Assembly (NCBI GenBank): GCA_030620995.1
Contig: JAUXIK010000007.1
Location: 1,506-65,505, forward strand
Direction of reading: 5' to 3'
DNA: 64,000 nt
Origin: Candidatus Aegiribacteria sp.
GTDB lineage: Bacteria > Fermentibacterota > Fermentibacteria > Fermentibacterales > JCC-6
The notes below the pieces were generated by a model. The model saw only the letters and a list, made by a program, of their open reading frames with translations, was not told the DNA's origin and did no database searches. Below, one piece after another: positions 38,238-48,539 of this stretch (positions within the stretch are counted from its first letter, which is position 1; each line of letters opens with the position of its first letter). The translations under genes were made by a program, and so were the position numbers.

Positions 38238-39326
38238 TCATCTCAGAAGATCTGAACCTATCCTGAAGAACTCGACGGAGTTGTTCGCAAGGCTCCTTTT
38301 CACCAAAATCGTTCTGCCCCTGTCTTTCGGGAAGGCCGCCCTGTGGTAGACCATTACGAGATGTTCATCAGTCAACCCGCATACATGGAGTTTTCCAGTG
38401 TAATGAGAAATGATATAACGGGCTCTGGCCGCAAGTCCTGAGCAACGACACTGGGCCTCTCTGATTATCATGTATGCCTCCAGAGGCGGAACCGCGTATA
38501 TGCTGTTTCCCACGGTTGGCCTGATCTGGAACATGTAGTAGGGTGATACTCCCGCTGAAACAAGATTATTGAAAAGGTTTTCCAGAGTGTCCGCACTATC
38601 ATTCACTCCTCTGATTATCGGTGTCTGGTTGCATATAACCACTCCACAGCGTTTGAGCAGCCTGATTGCCTCCAGAGCTTCCACACACAGTTCCCTTGAA
38701 TGAGTGAAATGGGTCATGATATAGATCTGCACATCACTTAGCTCACTCAATCCCTGAAGCAGCAGACGATCTGCAATCACTCTGCCGGGATCCCAGGACA
38801 GCATTCTCGTGCCGATCCTGACAGCCTCGATCCGGGGCAGCTCTGTTATTTTTCGAATGATTTCCATCAGCTGCTCACCGGAAAGAGTAAGGGGGTCGCC
38901 GCCCGTGAGCAATATATTTCGTATTTCGGGATGATCGCGGATGTAGTCGATGCAACTGTTGATATTCGGGGGATACTCATTGATACCTCTTCGAAGGAAC
39001 AGCCTTTTCCGGAAGCAGTAGCGACAGTATCCGGCGCACTGGCGGCCTACAAGAAGCAGAGCAGTGTCAGAATACTTGTGCTGCATGCCGGGAAGAACAT
39101 AGAAGCTTTTCTCTCTGCTTGGATCAAGGCTCCCGCCTGACTCCAGCTCTCCTGCGTCAGGCACCACGACCCTTCTCAGAGGATCATGCGGATTCTCCCA
39201 GTCCACAAGTGAAAAATAGTGTGATGTTGCTCGAAAGGGATAAAATTCCGTAACGCGCTGAATGATCTCTGTTTCTTCAGGATTCAGTCCTGGAATAGCT
39301 TTGATATCCGTAATTGATTCTGACAT
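38238..39326 (-). CDS. KamA-family radical SAM protein (lysine 2,3-aminomutase/EpmB-like)
   Basis: CAGYCRYCFRK CxxxCxxC cluster motif, LLTGGDPL, and size of 362 aa. Confidence 0.75.
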   Translation of the reverse strand: MSESITDIKAIPGLNPEETEIIQRVTEFYPFRATSHYFSLVDWENPHDPLRRVVVPDAGELESGGSLDPSREKSFYVLPGMQHKYSDTALLLVGRQCAGYCRYCFRKRLFLRRGINEYPPNINSCIDYIRDHPEIRNILLTGGDPLTLSGEQLMEIIRKITELPRIEAVRIGTRMLSWDPGRVIADRLLLQGLSELSDVQIYIMTHFTHSRELCVEALEAIRLLKRCGVVICNQTPIIRGVNDSADTLENLFNNLVSAGVSPYYMFQIRPTVGNSIYAVPPLEAYMIIREAQCRCSGLAARARYIISHYTGKLHVCGLTDEHLVMVYHRAAFPKDRGRTILVKRSLANNSVEFFRIGSDLLR

Positions 39327-39448
39327 GGAACCATCCGCCCGTGCCGGTACTGGCTACCATAACTCATTTCATCATGATCGTTTTAGAGAACATGACACAG
39401 GCGGGATTTGCACCTCCACTGTTTATGTGTGAAAATCATAGGAGATTG

Positions 39449-41551
39449 TCAAGCTTTATCACTTGCCCCGGTTTCTGAAATAACCCTGTAAATTACCTCG
39501 CTCAGTTCCTCCAGTTTGTATGGCTTGGCGATGATTCCACTGAATCCATACTTCCTATAATCAGCCATTACCGCGTCTGTTGAGTAACCACTGGAGACAA
39601 TAGCCCTTACATCCGGGTCGAGTTTTAAAAGTTCCTGAATTGTCTCTCTGCCTCCCATACTTCCCGGTACGGTCAGGTCCAGGATGACTGCATTAAAGGG
39701 ATTTTTTTCTTCCCGGGCCTTTCGATATTTCTCGATTGCCTCGATGCCGTTTGAGGCTCCTTCCACCTCGTAACCAAGATATCTCAGAATACGGGCCAGG
39801 ATCATCTGAATTCTATCATCATCGTCCATTATCAGTATTCTGCCTTCCCCCCTGACAATTTTATTCTCCTGGCTTTCCTCTCTCAAGGCCTGACGGTCCG
39901 AAGCTGGAAGATAAATTGAGAAGGAGGTCCCGCTGCCCGTTTCTGATTCAACGGTGATCTGCCCGTTATGGTTTTTGATTATTGAATATACAGTAGCCAG
40001 CCCGAGGCCACTTCCCTGTTTTTTTGTCGTGAAATAGGGATCGAAGATTTTGTCCAGATATTCCTCCGGTATACCGACCCCGATGTCCTTGAAAGTCAGC
40101 AGGACATACTTTCCTTCCTCGAGGGAAAGATCTGTTTTCCCGTCCAGGACTATGTTCTCCGCGCTGATTTCTATGATTCCACCATCGAACATCGCCTGAT
40201 CAGCGTTGATTACCAGATTATTGACCACCTGGTAGAGTTGGCCGGTATCGACATCCAGTGGCCATAGATCATCCACGATCGAAAAGACAACCTTGCTTCC
40301 GGAACCGCTCAGGGCGAACAGCGCCGATTCCTGCAGGATATCGGCGAAGTTCACTGTCTTCTTGAGCGGCTTCCCCCCCATGGAAAAGGTGAGAAGCTGC
40401 TGGGTCAGGTTCTTCGCCTGCATGCATGAAAACTCTGCCTCGGTAAGGATCCTGTCGATCTCCATAACGTCAATTTCTTTCAGCTTCGCGAAGGAGATAT
40501 TTCCCATGATTGACATCAGAAGGTTGTTGAAATCATGAGCGATCCCACCGGCGAGGATACCGAGAGATTCGAGCTTCTGGGTATTCAGAAGCGCTTCCTC
40601 CGCTCGCTTGCGCTCGGTGATATCGCTCACTATATGAACTGCACCTTCCAGAGTCCCCTCTTCATCGAACAGCGGGTCAACGATCACCTCAAGCCATTGA
40701 TCATCAATCTTGACAGCAAGGATTTCCCGTTGTTTCGAACCACGCATCTTCACAAGCGGGCATTCCGCCAGGGGCTGAGAATTTCCGTGAATTACTTCAC
40801 AGCAGATCCGGCCGACAAGCTCCTTCTGCGAATTTCCGGCTAATTTCTCCATCGCCCGGTTGCACTGGATAATCCGAACATCCCCGTCCAGCAGACAGAC
40901 CGCATCCCTTATTCCGTTAAATGTGGTCCGCCACCGCTCAAACATAGTCCGGTAATTCTCCTCGCTCTTTCTCAGTGATCGGATCATATAGATTCGCTGA
41001 ATGATCATCCCTGCCAGGCTCAGGTAGGTATCGACCATATCCTTCATTTTCAGCTTCTGCCCGGGCGCCAGCTGTACCAGACCGGCAGCGATCAGCTCAC
41101 CTTCCCGGACACATGAAAGCCGGTAGCAGTTCTTTCCCTCGCGGAGATGAAGGCGATCGAGTACTGAACCGGCGAAGATCTCCACCAGACACTTCCGGTG
41201 CGCTTCACAGTGTTGAACCTGTTTTTCCTGAAAACTCCGGATAACAGAGCTGGAAACCTTTATTTCCTCACCGGGTAGTTCCAGAACGGAGATGTTACCG
41301 TTCTCTTCTCTCTGACAGACATAATCCAGGAACATGGTCTGCTGTTCGGAATTGAAGGTGGCGATTGCGGCAACCTGCCCACCGCAGATCATGAGGAGAT
41401 TACGGCAGAGAATGGACAGGATATCTTCATCGCTCGCGCCCTCGACCTCCACGGCAGTATCGTAAAGTATCCTGAAGGCCCGGTTGCGCTCTTCGAAGAT
41501 CAGAAGGGAGTGATCATCAGTCCTTCTTATCTTTTCCCTTTTCTCTTGCAT
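39449..41551 (-). CDS. Hybrid sensor histidine kinase/response regulator with PAS domain
   Basis: H-box GGIAHDFNNLL, G-box GSGLGLATV and a C-terminal receiver (ILIMDDDD...VILDLTVPG). Confidence 0.85.
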   Translation of the reverse strand: MQEKREKIRRTDDHSLLIFEERNRAFRILYDTAVEVEGASDEDILSILCRNLLMICGGQVAAIATFNSEQQTMFLDYVCQREENGNISVLELPGEEIKVSSSVIRSFQEKQVQHCEAHRKCLVEIFAGSVLDRLHLREGKNCYRLSCVREGELIAAGLVQLAPGQKLKMKDMVDTYLSLAGMIIQRIYMIRSLRKSEENYRTMFERWRTTFNGIRDAVCLLDGDVRIIQCNRAMEKLAGNSQKELVGRICCEVIHGNSQPLAECPLVKMRGSKQREILAVKIDDQWLEVIVDPLFDEEGTLEGAVHIVSDITERKRAEEALLNTQKLESLGILAGGIAHDFNNLLMSIMGNISFAKLKEIDVMEIDRILTEAEFSCMQAKNLTQQLLTFSMGGKPLKKTVNFADILQESALFALSGSGSKVVFSIVDDLWPLDVDTGQLYQVVNNLVINADQAMFDGGIIEISAENIVLDGKTDLSLEEGKYVLLTFKDIGVGIPEEYLDKIFDPYFTTKKQGSGLGLATVYSIIKNHNGQITVESETGSGTSFSIYLPASDRQALREESQENKIVRGEGRILIMDDDDRIQMILARILRYLGYEVEGASNGIEAIEKYRKAREEKNPFNAVILDLTVPGSMGGRETIQELLKLDPDVRAIVSSGYSTDAVMADYRKYGFSGIIAKPYKLEELSEVIYRVISETGASDKA

Positions 41552-41566
41552 ATTGATCTGACCGGG

Positions 41567-42118
41567 TTATGACTTGCGTCGCATAAGGATCAGGAGCCAG
41601 ATAAGGGCTCCCATAATCAGAGTCCCGGTAATAAAGGGAGCAGCTACCCCCAGCAGGTCGGGAAGAAGGACATTATGAATATTGTAGTTTTTCTCCAGCA
41701 GTGGATTCAGCCCATAGACCACCAGTGCCATTCCTGGAATCATGGAGACAAAGACAACGATAAAGGTCATGTTGCCTTCTCCGATCTGACGGAGCGTCCC
41801 CAGAATACAGCCCCCGTTCAGGAAGATACCAGCACCGAAAAAAATGCCGGACAGGAGGTTATAGAAACCGAATCCTCTCAGTTGTCCGATCGTTTTCAAC
41901 CCGAGTTCCGGAGAGATGTAACCGGAGATGAGAAAGCCCGCTGCGGTGATGATGAAGATAACGGCGAACATCCGGCAGATGCGCTTTCCCTTTCCGATGA
42001 ATATCTCGCCCAGCCCGTGGGCGAAGCAGAGACCGGCCCTCTGGACGAAGTATCCGAAGCCGATTCCGAACAGAAATCCGACCGCGACCAGCGTAGTGAA
42101 GTTCATGGTTTCCTCCAT
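41567..42118 (-). CDS. YeeE/YedE family sulfur-compound transport membrane protein
   Basis: GFGYFVQRAGLCF motif, polytopic. Confidence 0.7.
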   Translation of the reverse strand: MEETMNFTTLVAVGFLFGIGFGYFVQRAGLCFAHGLGEIFIGKGKRICRMFAVIFIITAAGFLISGYISPELGLKTIGQLRGFGFYNLLSGIFFGAGIFLNGGCILGTLRQIGEGNMTFIVVFVSMIPGMALVVYGLNPLLEKNYNIHNVLLPDLLGVAAPFITGTLIMGALIWLLILMRRKS

Positions 42119-42534
42119 ATTATGCGGAAGACGATGTAGCCGCCTATGAAAATCCCTGCGCCGGAGAGGAACGACGAAACGGAGAGCATCGGCATTCCGG
42201 TGACGAAACTCGTGGTACAGGTTCCCGGCGCGAGTGTAACACCGATCCCGATCAGGATTCCACCAAGAATCGCCTTTGGAAGGTCCGCGACCGAGGGGAG
42301 ACGGAACCGGAACTCGCCACTTGTGAGGGCGCCGAGAGCCGCTCCTGCTATTACCCCCATGTTAACGATAAAGGCAAAGATGAACTTATTCTCCGGGCCA
42401 CCTATTCCGATCATTGGGAGAAAACTGCTTCCTCCTATCCAGAACCGGTGAATGAGGAGATACATGGCAACATTCAGAAAAGCAAACCCGCTGACCAGAA
42501 CAAGCGGTTTGGTAAATGATCTTCTTGTTCTCAC
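42103..42534 (-). CDS. YeeE/YedE family membrane protein (second half-size subunit)
   Basis: Polytopic, with GVTLAPGCTT-like motif. It overlaps the downstream partner. Confidence 0.65.
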   Translation of the reverse strand: MRTRRSFTKPLVLVSGFAFLNVAMYLLIHRFWIGGSSFLPMIGIGGPENKFIFAFIVNMGVIAGAALGALTSGEFRFRLPSVADLPKAILGGILIGIGVTLAPGTCTTSFVTGMPMLSVSSFLSGAGIFIGGYIVFRIIWRKP

Positions 42535-42561
42535 GATCCCGTTTCCTTTCTTTGATATTAT

Positions 42562-42828
42562 TCATTCAACCGGAGATGATTCTCCTGTTTTGAGATCTTT
42601 CTCTCCTTCCCTGGAGATAACGATTTCCCAGTACCTGCCCTGCCGCCTGATAGAAAAAGATATATCCGCGTATTCCTCAAGTTCCTCCGGAACCGACTTG
42701 ATAGCCAGAGGATCATCCACAAAAAACCGAAGTATCTCGCCGGGACGCATCTGATCCACGCCCTGGATAATATGCATCACCGGAAAAGGACATATCTGCC
42801 CGCGAAGTTCAACTTCCTTCTCAGACAT
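42562..42828 (-). CDS. tusA: TusA/SirA-like sulfurtransferase
   Basis: LRGQICPFPV CPxP active-site motif in an 88-aa protein. Confidence 0.75.
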   Translation of the reverse strand: MSEKEVELRGQICPFPVMHIIQGVDQMRPGEILRFFVDDPLAIKSVPEELEEYADISFSIRRQGRYWEIVISREGEKDLKTGESSPVE

Positions 42829-42915
42829 GGTTTCCTTCCTCCGGCGATGATTTCCATAATCGATAACACCGGCATCGGCAGCAGTTATTCCGCATGATCA
42901 GGATATTCACCATCA

Positions 42916-45498
42916 TTACCCTTTCAGAAGTGCCCGGGCTATCGTCTTGAACAGATCATTCATAGTGTAAGGCTTACTGAGGAAGATCATCTGTCCCTTC
43001 TGGATAACATCAGGATCGGACATATAATTTGCATATCCACTCGTCAGTACTATGGGGAGTTCCGGATTGATTGAAAGAATCCGATTCGCAAGTTCTGTAC
43101 CCGGCATGCCGGACAGAATCACATCACTGAAAATCAGATCGATCTTTCCTTTTTCTTTCCTGAAGGTTTCAAGCGCCTCTTCCGCTGTAACGGCTTCCAC
43201 AACAGTATAGCCTTTCATTCGCAATGCGCTGGAAGCAAACGAAAGAACCTTTTCATCGTCTTCCACAACAAGAATTTTCTCATTGCATTCCCTGCCGACA
43301 GCGATTTCCAGGGGACTTTTTTCTTTCCTGACACTCTTCTTTATGTCAGATGTTAAAGCGGGCAGATATACTTTAAAGCATGAACCTTCTTCCAGCCTGC
43401 TTTCAACGTCCACCCATCCACCATGCTGCTTCACAATACCGTACACCGTCGAAAGCCCCAGTCCTGTACCCTGAGTACCTTTAGTCGAGAAGAAGGGTTC
43501 AAAAACTCTGCCTGTCGTTTCTGCATCCATCCCGATGCCGGAATCTTCAACTGACAGGAACACGAATCTACCGGTTGATGTTTCAGCTTCTGTATCTTTT
43601 ACTTCAAGGTCAAGAAATTGATTTCCCGTTGTAATCGTAAGGATGCCCCCATCCGGCATTGCGTCACGGGCATTGATAATCAGATTAAGGATAATCTGTC
43701 CGATCTGCCCGTCATCAGCCTCCGTGTTCCATAGATTTTTATCAGTACGAACCACCACTTCGATGTTCTCACCTATCACTCTGCGTATCATGCTCGTTAT
43801 ACCGGAAATGGTATCGTTGAGATTGATAATGCCAAGCTTCAGCACCTGCCTGCGGCTGATTGCAAGGAGCCTCTGGCAGAGTTCTGCGGCTCGAGCTGTA
43901 TTCTCTTTTATCTCCCGGATATCAGCAGTGACAGGATTGTTCGGTCCGGTCTGGAGCAGGGCAAGGTCACAGCAACCCATTATTGCTGTTAATGTGTTGT
44001 TGAAATCATGTGCTACTCCGCCTGCAAGCCTTCCTATGGCCTCCATCTTCTGTGCCTGCCGAAGATCATCCTCGAGTCGCCTATGGTCGGTAATATCGAT
44101 GAAACTCTCCAGTCCGCCGGCTATTTCACCCTTTGAGTCTCTTAGAAAATCAAGATTCTTCAATATCGTGATTTCCTTTCCATCGACATGCATTGTACAC
44201 TCCCTGTGATAGGCCGGCTTCTTCACAGTCTCCGAGAAAAGCGCGCATCCTTTCCTGCATGCATCACAGCCCATCGCGTTAAGACAATCCTGACCGATAA
44301 CTTCCTCTGCTTTCAGCCCCGTAATCATCTCGGCCTGCTTATTCCATGAAGTAATGCGTCTGTCCATATCTATCGTGAAAAGACCGCTCGGCATCGTCTC
44401 GAGTATCAGACGTAACCTTTCCTCGCTGTCCCGTACGGCTCTCTCCGCTTCCCTGCGCTCGGTGACATCGATTCCATGAGCAATCGTGGCAACAATTGTC
44501 GCTCCATCTTCAGCATAGATATTCGCCGAGTTCCAAAGCGCGTATCGAATACTGCCGTCAGTATGAAGAATCGGGATATCAACCGACTCCCAGAACTGAC
44601 CGTTCAGAGTGCTTTCGATCTTCTCAAGTGACTTCTCCATGCTCTCCTCTGGAAACAGTACGGAAAGCTTCTGTCCAACGATCTCGTGGGCCTTGCGACC
44701 TGCAAGAATCTCAAAGGCGTGATTGAATCGTGTAATGGTCGTGACCGGATCCCAGACTATTATCGGAGCGTTGGCGCAATAGATGATGCTTTCCAGATAG
44801 GAGCTTGTTTTTAACAGTTCTTCCTGTGTACGTTTGAGATCGCTGATATCGCTGAGGGTTACAATTGCAGTATCAGGCCTTCCTTCTGCGTCCCTTATGA
44901 ACGAAATACCAAGGAGTACAGCTGTTTTCCGACCATTTTTGGATATAATCGTAATCGTGGCTGGAGCTGGAACAGCGCCTCTGAGAGTGGCTTCAATAGC
45001 TCTCATAGTTACCGGTCCGTCATCCTGACTTAACAACATCATACCGATCTCGGTTACGTCTTTACCAAGGAGCTCGCTCATTTCGTAGCCGGACATCTTT
45101 TCAAAAGCCTGATTGGCGAAGGTTATCCTGCCGTCCCGGTCGTGCATAAGAAGCCCGGCGCCCATCGCGTTGACTGCATTGGAAACTGCCGCGAGACGTT
45201 CCTGTTCAGCCCTCTTCCTGCTGTTAATACTGATTCTGAAAACCAGCAGCACAAAAACACCGAACCCGAGAACAAAGACTGTCTCGGTCAATGCTTCTCT
45301 CCAGTTGACCGGGGTTGGTGGAGCGCCAAGAACATGATGGGGAATATCAAGAATTTCATTCAACCACAGAAACGAGATAATTACAATAATAGCTGCGGTG
45401 ACTATATACAGAATCCCATCGATCTGTGCTTTTTTCCGGATACGGGTTTTTCCGATATGATTCGATTCAGATGCGTTGAACAACTTCTGCGAAATCAC
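42916..45498 (-). CDS. Membrane-anchored multi-PAS hybrid sensor histidine kinase/response regulator
   Basis: N-terminal TM segments and several PAS-like modules. H-box GGVAHDFNNTL, G-box GTGLGLSTV and a C-terminal receiver. Confidence 0.85.
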   Translation of the reverse strand: MISQKLFNASESNHIGKTRIRKKAQIDGILYIVTAAIIVIISFLWLNEILDIPHHVLGAPPTPVNWREALTETVFVLGFGVFVLLVFRISINSRKRAEQERLAAVSNAVNAMGAGLLMHDRDGRITFANQAFEKMSGYEMSELLGKDVTEIGMMLLSQDDGPVTMRAIEATLRGAVPAPATITIISKNGRKTAVLLGISFIRDAEGRPDTAIVTLSDISDLKRTQEELLKTSSYLESIIYCANAPIIVWDPVTTITRFNHAFEILAGRKAHEIVGQKLSVLFPEESMEKSLEKIESTLNGQFWESVDIPILHTDGSIRYALWNSANIYAEDGATIVATIAHGIDVTERREAERAVRDSEERLRLILETMPSGLFTIDMDRRITSWNKQAEMITGLKAEEVIGQDCLNAMGCDACRKGCALFSETVKKPAYHRECTMHVDGKEITILKNLDFLRDSKGEIAGGLESFIDITDHRRLEDDLRQAQKMEAIGRLAGGVAHDFNNTLTAIMGCCDLALLQTGPNNPVTADIREIKENTARAAELCQRLLAISRRQVLKLGIINLNDTISGITSMIRRVIGENIEVVVRTDKNLWNTEADDGQIGQIILNLIINARDAMPDGGILTITTGNQFLDLEVKDTEAETSTGRFVFLSVEDSGIGMDAETTGRVFEPFFSTKGTQGTGLGLSTVYGIVKQHGGWVDVESRLEEGSCFKVYLPALTSDIKKSVRKEKSPLEIAVGRECNEKILVVEDDEKVLSFASSALRMKGYTVVEAVTAEEALETFRKEKGKIDLIFSDVILSGMPGTELANRILSINPELPIVLTSGYANYMSDPDVIQKGQMIFLSKPYTMNDLFKTIARALLKG

Positions 45499-45713
45499 TA
45501 TGCTTCTTTCTTCCTGCTGCTCATATCAGGATATTCACACCTTTATGATCGGGAAGATCATGAAGTTCTCTATTTGCAACTTCATATTCAATACACTACA
45601 AATAACATGAACACAACCTTACCCGGACAGAAGCCTGAATAAGTATCTCAATCTACCTATGAGGATAGATAGGGAAGAAGGGAGCGGACGGCAAAGCCCG
45701 TCCCCTTTTTGAT

Positions 45714-46337
45714 CTAGAATGAATTCTTTATAGAACCCCACGTTGAATTATCAAGTGCTGAAAATGCTCCGAACTGAGCATTTGCGAAAAGTTCGCCGTT
45801 AGTTGCGGGCTCTATGAATTCTATCCTGGTGATATCATAATCGCTGTAAACTCCCCAGAATACACCGGCAAGCGTACCGTTCGAGGAGGAAATACCAAGA
45901 GAACCTCCGATTCCGAATACTTCGATATTTACCAGGCCGCTCCCCATGGGCATTACAATCTCAATTCCGAACACATTAACCGGAACGGAGAACGAGTACT
46001 CGGCATTGTCTTCGAATGCATTTGGACCCACTGTAACACTGGTCACTCCCATGAAAGGTGGAGTAAGAACAACGTTCTCGTTTCCCTCAAGGTTATCAAG
46101 AGATATCCCCTCCACAATATCATCCGGGGAGAAACATGCATTATCCGTGAAACTGTCGAAGGGCCCCGGGTCAGCACCAGTGCTGTTGGGAGAGATGTTT
46201 GTATTGGAGTAGTCCTCTGTGGTAAGGCCGGGATAAAGACTTTCGAACAGAGCCTGATCCGTATAGAAATATATACCCGCCGAAGCCATGCAGGCTCCAG
46301 ACAGAAGAACGGACATTAAAACAGTAAGATTCTTCAA
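45714..46337 (-). CDS. Secreted protein with C-terminal SALxxSTWGSIKxxF tag
   Basis: Signal peptide. The protein ends FSALDNSTWGSIKNSF. Confidence 0.6.
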   Translation of the reverse strand: MKNLTVLMSVLLSGACMASAGIYFYTDQALFESLYPGLTTEDYSNTNISPNSTGADPGPFDSFTDNACFSPDDIVEGISLDNLEGNENVVLTPPFMGVTSVTVGPNAFEDNAEYSFSVPVNVFGIEIVMPMGSGLVNIEVFGIGGSLGISSSNGTLAGVFWGVYSDYDITRIEFIEPATNGELFANAQFGAFSALDNSTWGSIKNSF

Positions 46338-46585
46338 ATGAATCCTCCTTCATTGAGCGCGTTCCACTGTGGAGAATCGCGCCCTGGTATACCGGGATTA
46401 TTCCCGGACAGGAGCATCCGGATACGGATCAGAAAGATCTTGCTCCGGGTAACCTTCATATTCTTTAACTAACAATTATTATCTATCTGTCAAGGACATG
46501 CTTAACGGTGCTGGTTATTAGTCTCCTTTTAGTATTGACTCTCCTGACTAAAGCTGGAAATTGGAATCAGAGGATTGCATGTAAA

Positions 46586-46618
46586 GCACACGGGACATGA
46601 TTATCATGTCCCATGTGC
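46586..46618 (-). terminator. Strong hairpin downstream of 46643..47494
   Basis: GCACACGGGACATGA-TTA-TCATGTCCCATGTGC pairs at 14 of 15 positions, with a GGGACA core like the REP family. Confidence 0.5.
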
Positions 46619-46642
46619 AGAGCATTTATCTGACCATGAGAG

Positions 46643-47494
46643 CTAGAACTGTGTTTTAAGACTTCCCCAGGTGGATTGCTCGAGCGCGGACTCGGTGAAC
46701 TCTATCTCGGCTATCCATCGGATCGTACCGTATACTTTATAGCTCCAGAAAAACGTGTTTGTGTCAGGGTGATAGGCCAGTCCATATGACATTGAAAAAT
46801 TACTCAACCCGGGATCACCTGATCCTATATAGGTCAGGCTGGAACCGTCGAATTCGTAGAGGAACCAATCCTGGAAATTGTAACAGGTAACGAATATTCC
46901 CAGATTACCGTTATATGGAAACACTGTAAGTCCGCTCATCTGATCCGGAATCTCGGATACGGTGTAATAGGTAAAGCTGCCAGTCTCGTCTATCCTGAAA
47001 ATACCATGCGTAGTACCGCTGCTGTACGTTTCCCAGATGTAGTTTCCGTCATTCTGGAAATCCATGCCTCTGCCACTTGTTCCGGCAGGATTTGGAAATG
47101 CAACATTCCAGGAAGTAAGGTAATAGTATATATTAGTGTTTGCAATATAGCAGTTTACGTACCATCCATAAGGGGAAGGCCAGTTGTGACAGCAGCCGAA
47201 AGTGTAGGTATAAGGAGTAGGAATTGTCCACAAAGGATTTCCGGTACCCATATCCACCCCTCTGATCAAGTTGTCGTTGTTATCCATAACCACAAGCTGG
47301 TCCGATCCATCCTGAGTATCCAGACCGAGCATCTGACTTGCAGATGACACCTGGAAGGTATTCAGAATAGTCAGCGTAATCGCGTCACCACCCGCGGGAA
47401 GTGTTCCTTGGGGAATCGAAGAGTCTCGTCCATCCTCATCCACCCATCCAGGGGCAATGACTGCAAAGGCGAACAGAAAAATAAGATATTTCAT
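46643..47494 (-). CDS. Secreted protein with C-terminal SALExSTWGSLKxxF tag
   Basis: Signal peptide. The protein ends TESALEQSTWGSLKTQF. Confidence 0.6.
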   Translation of the reverse strand: MKYLIFLFAFAVIAPGWVDEDGRDSSIPQGTLPAGGDAITLTILNTFQVSSASQMLGLDTQDGSDQLVVMDNNDNLIRGVDMGTGNPLWTIPTPYTYTFGCCHNWPSPYGWYVNCYIANTNIYYYLTSWNVAFPNPAGTSGRGMDFQNDGNYIWETYSSGTTHGIFRIDETGSFTYYTVSEIPDQMSGLTVFPYNGNLGIFVTCYNFQDWFLYEFDGSSLTYIGSGDPGLSNFSMSYGLAYHPDTNTFFWSYKVYGTIRWIAEIEFTESALEQSTWGSLKTQF

Positions 47495-47579
47495 TTTGTT
47501 TCCTTTCTTTTAGACATGTTAAGTATATTAAATCAAAATTCAGTGACCTACTTTGAATTACAAAAGATAGGAAAAATCT

Positions 47580-48539
47580 ATGATCGAAAAGTCAGTTAAA
47601 ATGGAATCTGTCATCAAGGTTAACAGTCTCACGAGAAGGTTCGGGAATCTTACAGCTGTTGACGGTATCGATTTCCAGGTTAACAAAGGGGAAATTTTCG
47701 GTTTCCTGGGTCCCAACGGTGCCGGCAAGACAACAACCATCCGGATGCTGACCGGCATTATTGACCCTACCAGCGGTTCCGCCATGATTCAGGATCACGA
47801 TATCAGGAAAGAATCAATCCTCTCAAGGGAGCATATAGCAGTGGTTCCCGAGCAGGCTAATGTCTACCTCGATTTTTCCGTCTGGAGAAACCTTATGCTC
47901 ATGGCTGAGCTTTACGGGGTTCCCAGAAACAGGCGGATCAATGAAGGGGAAAGGCTTCTGGATGCCCTTGGGCTTATGAATAAAAAAGACAGTAAGGCTC
48001 GTGAACTGTCAAAGGGTTTCAAACAGAGGCTTATGCTGTGCGCGGCTCTTGTTACAGATCCCGAAGTACTCTTCCTGGATGAACCCACAAGCGGCCTTGA
48101 CGTACATAGCGCCAGGTTGATAAGGAAAATAGTAAGGGAACTGAACAATGACGGTCTCACTGTTTTCCTTACCACACACAACATGATTGAGGCCGGGGAT
48201 ATCTGTTCACGGGTAGCAATAATCAACAACGGACGAATAGCTGCAATTGATACCCCGGGTAATCTCAGATCAATGGTTAGAAAACGTCACTACGTTGAAG
48301 CGGTATTCAAAGAGCAGGTTCCGCCTCTTAATAAGTTGGAATCCATCCCCGGCGTTGCCAGGGTGGAGTCCGACCAGGATATTTTCAGGCTGTACACCGA
48401 AACTCCCGGAAGCGTTGCTACTCTGCTTGTAGTACTTACCCTGGACCTGGGGCTTGAGCTTGAGCAGCTGAACACCCGTAAACCCAGCCTGGAAGATGTA
48501 TTTCTTTACTACACCACCGGGAAAGGAGGCTCCAAATGA
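47580..48539 (+). CDS. ABC transporter ATP-binding protein (ABC-2/DrrA-like)
   Basis: Walker A GPNGAGKTT, signature LSKGFKQRL and Walker B LFLDEPTSGLD. Confidence 0.85.
   Translation: MIEKSVKMESVIKVNSLTRRFGNLTAVDGIDFQVNKGEIFGFLGPNGAGKTTTIRMLTGIIDPTSGSAMIQDHDIRKESILSREHIAVVPEQANVYLDFSVWRNLMLMAELYGVPRNRRINEGERLLDALGLMNKKDSKARELSKGFKQRLMLCAALVTDPEVLFLDEPTSGLDVHSARLIRKIVRELNNDGLTVFLTTHNMIEAGDICSRVAIINNGRIAAIDTPGNLRSMVRKRHYVEAVFKEQVPPLNKLESIPGVARVESDQDIFRLYTETPGSVATLLVVLTLDLGLELEQLNTRKPSLEDVFLYYTTGKGGSK

Noticed and set aside
41567-42534. YeeE/YedE split into two ORFs as a frameshifted pseudogene.
   Set aside because: Two adjacent half-size YeeE/YedE genes with a short overlap are a common native arrangement. 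Both ORFs have plausible starts and intact hydrophobic cores.
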